This document shows positions 19,377 to 27,405 of a stretch of DNA of 64,000 nt, piece after piece. Position 1 is the stretch's first letter. Every line of letters begins with the position of its first letter. The stretch lies in assembly GCA_018384365.1 (NCBI GenBank), contig JAHAYX010000001.1, positions 33,475 to 97,474 on the forward strand, written 5' to 3'. Origin of the DNA: Clostridiaceae bacterium. Lineage in GTDB: Bacteria > Bacillota > Clostridia > Oscillospirales > QAMX01. The notes under the pieces are model-generated. The model saw only the letters and a program-made list of their open reading frames with translations, had not been told where the DNA came from and made no database searches. The translations under genes were made by a program, and so were the position numbers.

Positions 19377-20564
19377 TTATCTGTCAAACCACGCCTTCAT
19401 GGTATCCAGAACGTGCACAAGCTCGTTCTCCGTGATGATATAGGGGACCATGGCATAGAGATAGCGCAAAAACGGGCGGCTGAACACGCCGCGTTCCCTT
19501 GCAAAGGCCTGGAAGCCGTCCAGTGTCCGTGCATCGTACACCTCCATGCAGACGCAGCCGCCCATGATCCGCACTTCCTTCACACGCGGATCGGAAAAGC
19601 CGGACAACTCGCGCCGCGTTATTTCTTCGATGCGCCGTATTTTATCCAGATAGTTCCCTTGTTCAAATAACTCGATGGATTTCAGCGCTACGCTGCATGC
19701 CAGCGCATTTCCCATAAAAGTAGGGCCGTGCATCAGCGCGTGCGCGGGATTGTCGCTGTAAAAGCCGTCGTAAACCTTTCGGTTGGCCACGGTGACAGCG
19801 TGCCCGATCATGCCGCCGGTCAGCGCCTTGCCGAGCACCAGAATATCCGGCAGCACGAGATCGGCAACAAAACGGTTGCCGGTACGGCCAAATCCCGTTG
19901 CAACCTCATCAAAAATGAGCAGTACACCGTACCGGTCGCAGAGTTCCCGCGCGCGCCGCAGGAATGAAATGTCATACATCCGCATACCGCCCGCTCCCTG
20001 CAGAAGAGGTTCCACAATCATGCAGGTGAAGTCCTCCCCGTGCGCAGCGAAGGCTGCTTCCAGATCCGAAAGCTCCGTGTCGATGTGCACGACATCCTTC
20101 TTTTCTCCAAAGGCGAAGTGATAATCCTCGTCGTCGCCAACTTCCATCGTTTTGAACGTGTCGCCGTGATAGGCATGCGTCAGCGCCAGCACCATCCTGC
20201 GTTTACTGCCGCGGTTTGTGTAGTATTGCAGCGCCATTTTCAGCGCAACCTCTACGGCAACGCTGCCGGAATCGGAATAAAAGCAATAGTCCAGGTCGCC
20301 GGGCAGCCATGCTTCCAGCTTGGCGGAGAGCGCTTCCGCCGCGTCGTGCGTCAATCCGCCCAGCATAACGTGCGCGAAATGCTCGAGCTGTGAGCGGATG
20401 GCCTCATCGAGCACCGGATGATGATAGCCGTGGATGACGCTCCACCAGGAGGATATGGAGTCAATCAGTTTCATTTCGCCGGAATACAGATATACGCCGC
20501 GCGCATCGGTGATACGCAGCGGCGGCGTCATGGTTTTCATTTGTTGGTAGGGGTACCAGATCAT
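19377..20564 (-). CDS. bioA: Adenosylmethionine-8-amino-7-oxononanoate aminotransferase
   Basis: 395 aa class-III aminotransferase (IFDEVATGFGRTG, LGKALTGG). Last gene of the bio cluster. Confidence 0.9.
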   Translation of the reverse strand: MIWYPYQQMKTMTPPLRITDARGVYLYSGEMKLIDSISSWWSVIHGYHHPVLDEAIRSQLEHFAHVMLGGLTHDAAEALSAKLEAWLPGDLDYCFYSDSGSVAVEVALKMALQYYTNRGSKRRMVLALTHAYHGDTFKTMEVGDDEDYHFAFGEKKDVVHIDTELSDLEAAFAAHGEDFTCMIVEPLLQGAGGMRMYDISFLRRARELCDRYGVLLIFDEVATGFGRTGNRFVADLVLPDILVLGKALTGGMIGHAVTVANRKVYDGFYSDNPAHALMHGPTFMGNALACSVALKSIELFEQGNYLDKIRRIEEITRRELSGFSDPRVKEVRIMGGCVCMEVYDARTLDGFQAFARERGVFSRPFLRYLYAMVPYIITENELVHVLDTMKAWFDR

Positions 20565-20597
20565 AGCATCACTCCTCAGCCTCGCACAAGCAATCTA

Positions 20598-21281
20598 TCA
20601 GGCGTACAGCGCCGCGAGCGCGCCGGCGTCCATGTCCAAATCCAGGCTTCCCTCGCGGCAGCAGGCTAAAACCGGAACGCCGGTCAGCTCCTCGCACATC
20701 CGCAGATTGTCCTCCTCCATCACATCGCCGGGATGGAAGCGGTTGAAGAGAATACCGCGGAGCGGAATCTGCTTTTCGCGCATATAAAACGCCGTGAGCA
20801 CCACACTGTTGATCGTACCAAGGCCTGCGTCCGCAACAAGCAGGCAGGGCAGGTGCAGCGCACGGATCACATCCTCAAGAAACAGCCGCTCCCCATCGTG
20901 CCGGAGCGGACAAAGGATACCGCCGCTGCCCTCCACCGTCACATAGTCGTACGCCTGCGCGGCGGCGGCATAGGCGCGCTCTACAACGTCCAGCCGAACA
21001 GGATTCCCCTCCAGCCGGGACGCCAGATGCGGTGAAACGGCCGTTTCGTAGACATAGGGACACATGGATTCCAGCGATTGCGGGATGCCGGAGACCCGCT
21101 GTACGGCAAGTGCGTCGCCGGGGATCAGGCTGCCATCCGGACGGCGGCTGTTGCCGCTCATCGCAGCTTTGAAATATCCGGCGCGGCGTCCGCTTTCATG
21201 CAGTTTTTTCACCAGCAGCCCCGCCATATAGGTTTTCCCGACGTCCGTGCCGGTGCCGGTAAGAAAAAGGCCCTTACTCAT
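20598..21281 (-). CDS. bioD: Dethiobiotin synthase
   Basis: 227 aa. The N-terminal GTGTDVGKT P-loop is typical of BioD. Overlaps the bioB end by 8 nt. Confidence 0.9.
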   Translation of the reverse strand: MSKGLFLTGTGTDVGKTYMAGLLVKKLHESGRRAGYFKAAMSGNSRRPDGSLIPGDALAVQRVSGIPQSLESMCPYVYETAVSPHLASRLEGNPVRLDVVERAYAAAAQAYDYVTVEGSGGILCPLRHDGERLFLEDVIRALHLPCLLVADAGLGTINSVVLTAFYMREKQIPLRGILFNRFHPGDVMEEDNLRMCEELTGVPVLACCREGSLDLDMDAGALAALYA

Positions 21282-22245
21282 TCTGAAATTTCACCTCGTA
21301 TCCCAGTTTGGCAAGTAGTGCAAGGTCTGTCTCGATGGTAATGCCTTCCGTCGTCAGCATATCGCCGGAAATGGCAGCGTTTGCCCCACCGCGGAAGCAT
21401 GCTTCTCCCCTGTCCGGAAGCAGACCGCGTCCGCCTGCCAGACGGATGGAGGCATCCGGCAGCAGGAAGCGGTATATCGCAATGACGCGGCGCTTTTCCG
21501 CGTCGGAAAGCAGCGCGTTGTGCGCGTACGGCGTGCCCGGAATCGGATTCAGGAAATTCACCGGCACGGATCGGATGCCCAGCCCGCGCAGCGTGAGTGC
21601 CATATCCACGCGATCCTCCATGGTTTCGCCGAGACCTAAAATACCGCCACTGCAAACGGAAAGACCGGCACGGCGTGCCGCACGGAGTGTTTCAATTTTT
21701 TCCTCATAGCTGTGCGTCGTGCAGACCGAGGGGAAATACCGGCGGGAGGTTTCCAGATTGCAGTGCACGCGGCTGGCGCCTGCATCCCGGAGACTGCGGA
21801 AGGCCGCCTCGTCCAGCAGGCCGAAGGACACGCACACGGCAATGCCGATGCGTTCGCGGATTGCCCGAATGCTTTCGCAGACGCGCGCAACCTCCGCACT
21901 GCCCAGCCGTTTGCCGGAGGTGACAATGGAGTAGCGCAGCACGCCGCGCCCAGCGTTATACTCTGCCTGCCGCAGCAGTTCCTCTGTGGAAAGCAGCGGA
22001 TATTCCGCAATCTGCGTGGGGTAATGGATCGACTGCGCGCAGTATTTGCAGTCCTCACAGCAGCGACCGCACTTGCCGTTGACAATTGTGCACAAATCAA
22101 ACGTATTTGCGCAGAAGTGCTGCCGGAGCTCATCTGCCGCCGTGCAGAGCGGCTCGAGCGGCGCGCCGCAAAGTGCAAGGGCGTCATCCTTGCCAAGCTG
22201 TTCGCCGGAGAGGACGCGCCGTTTCAAGTCGGTGATGCAGTCCAT
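21274..22245 (-). CDS. bioB: Biotin synthase (radical SAM)
   Basis: 323 aa. GKCGRCCEDCKYCAQS cluster motif and BioB-type C-terminal half. Confidence 0.9.
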   Translation of the reverse strand: MDCITDLKRRVLSGEQLGKDDALALCGAPLEPLCTAADELRQHFCANTFDLCTIVNGKCGRCCEDCKYCAQSIHYPTQIAEYPLLSTEELLRQAEYNAGRGVLRYSIVTSGKRLGSAEVARVCESIRAIRERIGIAVCVSFGLLDEAAFRSLRDAGASRVHCNLETSRRYFPSVCTTHSYEEKIETLRAARRAGLSVCSGGILGLGETMEDRVDMALTLRGLGIRSVPVNFLNPIPGTPYAHNALLSDAEKRRVIAIYRFLLPDASIRLAGGRGLLPDRGEACFRGGANAAISGDMLTTEGITIETDLALLAKLGYEVKFQNE

Positions 22246-22808
22246 CAGACTTCACCGTCCTTTCTCAGAATCGGCAGCAGCCGTTTCCCCAGCAGCGCCG
22301 CCGTGATACACAACACGATATCGCCCGGCACCGCAAGCAGGAAGCAGTAAAGGAAAAGCGTCCAGAAGCCAATCCCTGTGCCGGTGTAAAATTGCAGGAT
22401 CATCCAGTAATAGACCATGCCAAAGAGATAGACCAGAAAAAGTCCTGTGAAGTTGGCCGCCAACAGGCGCTTCAGGGAAGGCCGGGGAACGCGGTTTGCA
22501 ATGGCCCCGGTGACGCCGGCGCCCACGCAGAACCCAATCAGATAACCAAACGTCGGCTGCAAAACATAAGAAATGCCGCCGCCTCCGGCAAAAATGGGCA
22601 GGCCCAACAGGCCAAGCACGAGATAGCACGCCACGCTCAGCGCACCGCGTCCTGCGCCCAGCAGAATTCCGGCCAGTGTTGTGAAAAGGAATTGCAGCGT
22701 GAAAGGCACGACCGGCACGGGAATCCTGATGAATGCACCGGCGGCAATCAGTGCCGTGAAAAGCGCGATCAGGACCAGGTCTTTTGTACGTTTGATTGTA
22801 AACACCAC
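22245..22808 (-). CDS. bioY: Biotin transporter BioY
   Basis: 187 aa hydrophobic protein. TKDLVLIALFTALIAAGAFIRIPVPVVPFTLQ is a BioY-type N-terminus. GTG start with no in-frame ATG nearby. Its stop overlaps the bioB ATG. Confidence 0.85.
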   Translation of the reverse strand: MVFTIKRTKDLVLIALFTALIAAGAFIRIPVPVVPFTLQFLFTTLAGILLGAGRGALSVACYLVLGLLGLPIFAGGGGISYVLQPTFGYLIGFCVGAGVTGAIANRVPRPSLKRLLAANFTGLFLVYLFGMVYYWMILQFYTGTGIGFWTLFLYCFLLAVPGDIVLCITAALLGKRLLPILRKDGEV

Positions 22809-22826
22809 GCTTTTATTAGTTTACAA
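22796..22826. promoter_or_regulatory. BirA operator (bioO)
   Basis: Perfect TTGTAAAC-N15-GTTTACAA inverted repeat, the TGT(A/T)AAC...GTT(A/T)ACA type known for Firmicute BirA sites (from memory). Spans the predicted TSS and the bioY GTG start. Confidence 0.65.
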
Positions 22827-22828
22827 TC

Positions 22829-22857
22829 AGTATACGAAGAACCGTGCAAATTGTCAA
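22829..22857 (-). promoter_or_regulatory. Sigma-A promoter of bioY-bioB-bioD-bioA
   Basis: Minus strand TTGACA, 17 nt, TATACT. The -10 ends about 20 nt before the bioY start codon. Confidence 0.6.
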
Positions 22858-22881
22858 GGAACAAATCGCACATATTTACAA
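22851..22881. promoter_or_regulatory. Degenerate second BirA-like site
   Basis: TTGTCAAG-N15-ATTTACAA, 13 of 16 arm positions matching the perfect site. Overlaps the -35 boxes of both divergent promoters. Confidence 0.35.
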
Positions 22882-22902
22882 TTTGCCAGTGTGTGATATA
22901 CT
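22875..22902 (+). promoter_or_regulatory. Candidate birA promoter
   Basis: TTTACA, 16 nt, TATACT, with TGTG just upstream of the -10. Confidence 0.4.
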
Positions 22903-22943
22903 GGTACTATACAGAAATGACGGGCGGAAAGGCGGACGACTGC

Positions 22944-23951
22944 ATGACGAAAGACGCTGTGCTTGCAATTTTGAAAAAATCCGGAGACTATGTCTCCGGC
23001 GAACGAATCAGTGCGTCGCTGAGCGTCAGCCGTGCGGCGGTCAATACCGCCGTGAAATCCCTGCGCGCAGAGGGATATGAGATTTTGTCCGCGACGAACC
23101 GGGGATACGCACTTTTAAATGCGCCGGATCGACTGACGGCGGGCGAGCTGCTTTCCTGCCTGTCGGAGGAGAGAATGAAACGTATCCTGTGTCTGGACAG
23201 CGTGGATTCCACGAACCGCCGCCTGCGGGAAATGGCCTATGACGGTGCGCCGGAGGGGCAGGTCGTGCTTGCAAACGAACAGACCGGCGGACGCGGCAGG
23301 CTTGGCCGCAGTTTTGCGTCACCGCGAGATAAGGGGATCTACCTCTCCATTCTCCTGCGTCCGGAGGGAACACCTGCGGACAGCGTGGCGATCACGGCGT
23401 GGACAGCCGTTGCGGTGCGCCGGGCCATCCGTACGGTCTGCGGCGTTTCGCCATCCATTAAATGGGTGAATGATCTGGTGCTGAACGGCAAAAAACTCTG
23501 CGGCATCCTGACGGAAATGTCGGTCGAGAGCGAGAGTGGACGTGTGCAGTCCGTGATCGTGGGAATCGGCCTGAATGTGAATGAAATACCGGCGGATTTC
23601 CCGGAGGAGGTGCGGCAGGTAGCAACCTCCCTTGCCGCAGAGACGGGCAAAACCTGCGCACGGGCGCCGCTTGCGGCGGAAATCATTCGCCAGATGGACC
23701 GGCTCCGTGCGGATTGGCCGCAGGAAAAGGCCGCGTATCTGGAGGCCTATCGCACCGGTAACCTGACCGTGGGCCGGGAGGTCTGTATTACCACCGCAAA
23801 CGGCGAACGGCACGCCGAAGCCGTGGCAATCCGGGAGGATTTCTCGCTTGCGGTGCGGTATGCGGATGGCCGGACGGAAAATTTACTGGGCGGCGATGTG
23901 TCCGTTCGGGGGATATACGACTCGGCCGCGTCGAAAGGCGCGGAGAATTGA
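22944..23951 (+). CDS. birA: Bifunctional biotin-[acetyl-CoA-carboxylase] ligase / bio repressor
   Basis: Within ORF 22392..23951. From MTKDAVLAILKKSGDYVSGERISASLSVSRAAVNTAVKSLRAEGY (wHTH) onward it is a BPL domain (GRGRLGRSF, KWVNDL). An ATG at 22917 is an alternative start. The upstream part of the ORF is antisense to bioY. Confidence 0.9.
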   Translation: MTKDAVLAILKKSGDYVSGERISASLSVSRAAVNTAVKSLRAEGYEILSATNRGYALLNAPDRLTAGELLSCLSEERMKRILCLDSVDSTNRRLREMAYDGAPEGQVVLANEQTGGRGRLGRSFASPRDKGIYLSILLRPEGTPADSVAITAWTAVAVRRAIRTVCGVSPSIKWVNDLVLNGKKLCGILTEMSVESESGRVQSVIVGIGLNVNEIPADFPEEVRQVATSLAAETGKTCARAPLAAEIIRQMDRLRADWPQEKAAYLEAYRTGNLTVGREVCITTANGERHAEAVAIREDFSLAVRYADGRTENLLGGDVSVRGIYDSAASKGAEN

Positions 23952-23960
23952 AAAATTGTA

Positions 23961-24007
23961 AAAAAGCGCTGTACACGTCGAAATTTCGACACGTACAGCG
24001 CTTTTTT
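23961..24007. terminator. Bidirectional terminator between birA and the GRE activase
   Basis: AAAAAGCGCTGTACACGTCGAAATTTCGACACGTACAGCGCTTTTTT, a long near-perfect hairpin. Confidence 0.8.
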
Positions 24008-24067
24008 GATACGTAACGTTCTTTTTCCTCCGCAAAAAGCACGGATATGCTGCCCAAACGGCCGGTT

Positions 24068-24982
24068 TTAATTCGTTTCATCAGAGGACAGCTTTACAAT
24101 CGGGCAAACGGCTGCCAGTTTCTGCTGTAAGGCACGCATTCGCGTGTTGTCCGGCATTTCCGTTTCCGGCATGGGATAGTCCATGCCCAGCGCCTGATAC
24201 TTTCCCTTTGCCATGCTGTGATACGGCAGCAGCCGCCAGCAGGTGATATTGCCGTACGGCTTCAAAATTGCCGCGATTTGCAGCAGCGTTTCCTCCGCGT
24301 CGTTATAGCCGGGGATAACCGGCGTGCGGATTTCGACCGGTGCGCCCGACTCGTGCAGACGGCGAAGGTTTTCCAGAATCCGTTCATTCCCTGCCCCGGT
24401 GCCTTTTTTGTGCATTTCGGGATCCGGGTGCTTGATGTCATACAGGAACAGGTCCGCATACGGCAGCACGTCCTCAAACGCGGACCAGGGAACTGCGCCG
24501 CAGGTATCTACGGCGATGTGCACGTCGTGCGCCTTCAAAAGCCGCATCACTTCCCGCAGGAAAGCGCTTTGCAGCAACGGTTCGCCGCCCGAAAAGGTAA
24601 CGCCGCCGCCGGACTGCCGGTAAAAGTCCGTATCCTCCAAAAGCAGCTGCGCCGTCTCCTCTGCCGTGGCCGTCCGGCCGTACAGTTTCAGTGCGCCCGT
24701 CAGGCACTCCGCGATGCAGGCGCCGCAGTTTGCACATGCACTGTGATGCAGGCGATGTATCCCGTTTTCAAAACCATGCACGCCATGCGGACATACTGCC
24801 GCACAGGCGCCGCAGCCAACGCAAAGTTTTTCCGTATAGCTCAGCGATGGCTCGGTGCGCAGATTCTCGGGATTGTGGCACCAGAGGCAGCGAAGCGGAC
24901 AGCCCTTTAAGAACAAGGTCGTGCGGATGCCCGGGCCGTCGTGCACACTCATGCGTTTGATATCCGATATGATTCCGTTCAT
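24068..24982 (-). CDS. Glycyl-radical enzyme activating protein (radical SAM with two ferredoxin-like clusters)
   Basis: 304 aa. SVHDGPGIRTTLFLKGCPLRCLWCHNPE, plus CVGCGACAAVCPHG and CANCGACIAEC inserts typical of non-PFL GRE activases. Confidence 0.9.
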   Translation of the reverse strand: MNGIISDIKRMSVHDGPGIRTTLFLKGCPLRCLWCHNPENLRTEPSLSYTEKLCVGCGACAAVCPHGVHGFENGIHRLHHSACANCGACIAECLTGALKLYGRTATAEETAQLLLEDTDFYRQSGGGVTFSGGEPLLQSAFLREVMRLLKAHDVHIAVDTCGAVPWSAFEDVLPYADLFLYDIKHPDPEMHKKGTGAGNERILENLRRLHESGAPVEIRTPVIPGYNDAEETLLQIAAILKPYGNITCWRLLPYHSMAKGKYQALGMDYPMPETEMPDNTRMRALQQKLAAVCPIVKLSSDETN

Positions 24983-24985
24983 TGC

Positions 24986-27217
24986 TTACACCAACTGCAT
25001 TGTCGTTTCAATAAAGTGGTTTTGCTGCTCTTCGTTCAGTGTGACGAAGTACACGTTCCAGCCGCAGACGCGCACCTGCAAAGTAGCATACTCTTCCGGG
25101 TGCTGCTGCGCCTTGCGCAGATCGTCGGCATTCAGAATATTGAACTGGAGGCCGTAACCGCCGCGGTTGAAATAGGTGCGGATCAGATTGATCAACGTAT
25201 GGATGCCTTTTTCGCCGTCCACTGCGGAGGGATGCAGATAAATATCCAGCACCGAGCCGTTGGGAATATCGGTGAAGTCCAGCTTGGAAACAGATTGAAT
25301 CTGCGCGGTGACGCCGGCTTTGTCCATGCCGGTCATGGTGCCGATGCCTTTTGCGATGTAGTGGTGCGCCAGGCGACCGTCCGGCAATGCACCCGTGCGG
25401 TGGCCGAGGGAGAAGCAGTGATCCAGCGTAAACATGGAGGCGTTATACCGCCCGCCGCGCCCGTTCGGCACGCCGTTGACAAACCCGGTATAACTCTGCG
25501 CGACCCGCTTTGCGATGGCGTCCACGTCCTCCTGGTTATTGCCCCATTTGGACACGCGGTTCAGAATATAGAGATGCTCGCGCTCGTACCCTTCGAAATT
25601 GGCGCGCAGCATGGCCTTCAGTTCTGCCATGGTGTAACGTTTCTCGTCAAACACCAGCTTTTTTATGGTCATCAGGGAATCTGCGGCATTTGCCAGACCA
25701 CCGCCCATGCTGCCGGTATTGTTATAAACCGGCCCACGCTGCGAAATATCCCGACCTTTTTCAAGACAGGAGGCAAATGTGGAAGATATGAGGGGTTCCG
25801 GATTGATGTCCGCCCAGCGCTCCTCATACTGGTTGATTGCGCCCTGCACATCGCGCAGCTGTTTTTCCATCTGCCGCTCGTAAGCGCAGTAAAACTCATC
25901 GAACGAGGCAAAGCTTTCGCTGTCACCCGTGTCGATGCCGATTTTCTCCCCTGTCAACGGATCCTGCCCGCCAAACAGCGCAAGCTCGACCGGTTTTGAA
26001 AGGTTATACTTCACGCACATATTGCAGGCAACTTCCTTCCCTTCGATTGCCGGCTCATAGCAGCCGATCAGAAGGTAGTCAAAGCTGTCCTCTTTGGGAA
26101 TACCGCGCTTGCGGATCGCTTCCAGCGTTTCATCGTCGTTGACGATGACCATGTTGGTCCGGCCGTCGCGCAGGCATTTGGCAATCATCTCAAAGAAACG
26201 CTGCGGCGTCTTGTGGTTGATTTTTATGGATAATTTCGGGTCCGTCAGGTTCAGTTCATAGAATACATCCATGGCAAGATAGGTAAGCGGGCCGACATTG
26301 TCGGTCTCGTCATCCGTAAGTCCGCCGAAATAAAAGTTTTTGCCGTTTCCGGAGCCGCGGGTATTGGAGAAGAATTTCAGCCAGAAGAAGCGGATGAGTT
26401 CTTTCGCGTCCTCCTCCGTGATCCGGCCGGCGGCCAGGTCTGCTTCATAAAAACGGCCGAAATTCAGCTCAAAACTGCCCATCGAGCGGATATATTCCCC
26501 CTCGAACTCAATGCACTGGTGCATCAGATAGGAAAGCTGCAGAGCTTCATAAAAAGTCTGCGGCGCGCCTTCCTGAAGCGTATGCAGGCAGGCCGCAAGT
26601 TTTTCCATTCTGTCGGCAGACTCCGGATGCGCGGCCTGCATCCGGCGTGCCTGCGCCTCCAGGCGGCCGATCAAGCCCAGCACTGCCGTATACATCCGGA
26701 TGGCAGAGTCGTAAAAGTCCCGTGCCGTATCGTCACAGGGCTGCTGCTGCTTTTCCCGCAGGATATGCAGGATGCCGGGCACGCCTTCCTGCAGCAGGAA
26801 ACGCCAGCCGGGCGAAATATGCCCCAGATCCAGCTCGGCATTGAAGGAACCGGTGCGGAAACCGCGCGCGAGCAGCTGCGCATCGTCTGCAAGAGCGCCT
26901 TCTCCGAGTTCTTTCCGCCAGCCCTCGCGGTGTTTGCGCAGAATATCGCCGCAGCGGTCGAAGTGATCTGCAAACCAATCCTCCGGATCCACGTCGATCC
27001 GCGTGTTATCGAGCAGATAGGCAAACAGCCGGGAACGAAGATTCATCCGGGACATGGTCCCGTCCTGACGGGCAAGCGCTGCAAAACCTTTTTCCAGTTC
27101 CCCGGACGGCAGTCCGGTGCTCTCATCATACGCCGGAGAGACGTACTGATCAAAAAGGCGGTCCTTTACTTCATAATAACCCGGCCCTATGGCCGTGAAC
27201 ATTTTTTCTTGTTTCAT
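24986..27217 (-). CDS. Glycyl radical enzyme, PFL2/dehydratase-like family, substrate unknown
   Basis: 743 aa. C-terminal Gly loop TLQVRVCGWNVYF, Cys loop LLIGCYEPAIEG, activase 3 nt downstream. Confidence 0.9.
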   Translation of the reverse strand: MKQEKMFTAIGPGYYEVKDRLFDQYVSPAYDESTGLPSGELEKGFAALARQDGTMSRMNLRSRLFAYLLDNTRIDVDPEDWFADHFDRCGDILRKHREGWRKELGEGALADDAQLLARGFRTGSFNAELDLGHISPGWRFLLQEGVPGILHILREKQQQPCDDTARDFYDSAIRMYTAVLGLIGRLEAQARRMQAAHPESADRMEKLAACLHTLQEGAPQTFYEALQLSYLMHQCIEFEGEYIRSMGSFELNFGRFYEADLAAGRITEEDAKELIRFFWLKFFSNTRGSGNGKNFYFGGLTDDETDNVGPLTYLAMDVFYELNLTDPKLSIKINHKTPQRFFEMIAKCLRDGRTNMVIVNDDETLEAIRKRGIPKEDSFDYLLIGCYEPAIEGKEVACNMCVKYNLSKPVELALFGGQDPLTGEKIGIDTGDSESFASFDEFYCAYERQMEKQLRDVQGAINQYEERWADINPEPLISSTFASCLEKGRDISQRGPVYNNTGSMGGGLANAADSLMTIKKLVFDEKRYTMAELKAMLRANFEGYEREHLYILNRVSKWGNNQEDVDAIAKRVAQSYTGFVNGVPNGRGGRYNASMFTLDHCFSLGHRTGALPDGRLAHHYIAKGIGTMTGMDKAGVTAQIQSVSKLDFTDIPNGSVLDIYLHPSAVDGEKGIHTLINLIRTYFNRGGYGLQFNILNADDLRKAQQHPEEYATLQVRVCGWNVYFVTLNEEQQNHFIETTMQLV

Positions 27218-27280
27218 GTTTTCCCCTCATCATACCCATTGTTGCGCATTCTTCGCCGCATTGGTTATGCGGCATTTCTT

Positions 27281-27309
27281 ATCATAGTGCAGTTTGCCCG
27301 ACTTGTAAA
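27281..27309 (-). promoter_or_regulatory. Candidate promoter of the GRE operon
   Basis: Minus strand TTTACA, 17 nt, TATGAT. The leader contains the hairpin GCCGCAT-aacca-ATGCGGC. Confidence 0.45.
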
Positions 27310-27318
27310 CTGATCCGT

Positions 27319-27358
27319 AAAAAAACAGCCACGTTTGGACGAAACATCAAAACGTGGC
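27319..27358 (-). terminator. Terminator of the HD-GYP gene
   Basis: GCCACGTTT-loop-AAACGTGGC followed by T7 on the minus strand. Confidence 0.75.
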
Positions 27359-27405
27359 CGTCATATTTGTAAATTCTGCACAGGTGCGTCCTGCCGCGCG
27401 GGGCG

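Noticed and set aside
22392-22943. The 5' 184 codons of ORF 22392..23951, which would make a 519-aa BirA.
   Set aside because: This part is antisense to bioY and has no BirA similarity. BirA homology starts at MTKDAVLAIL (22944).
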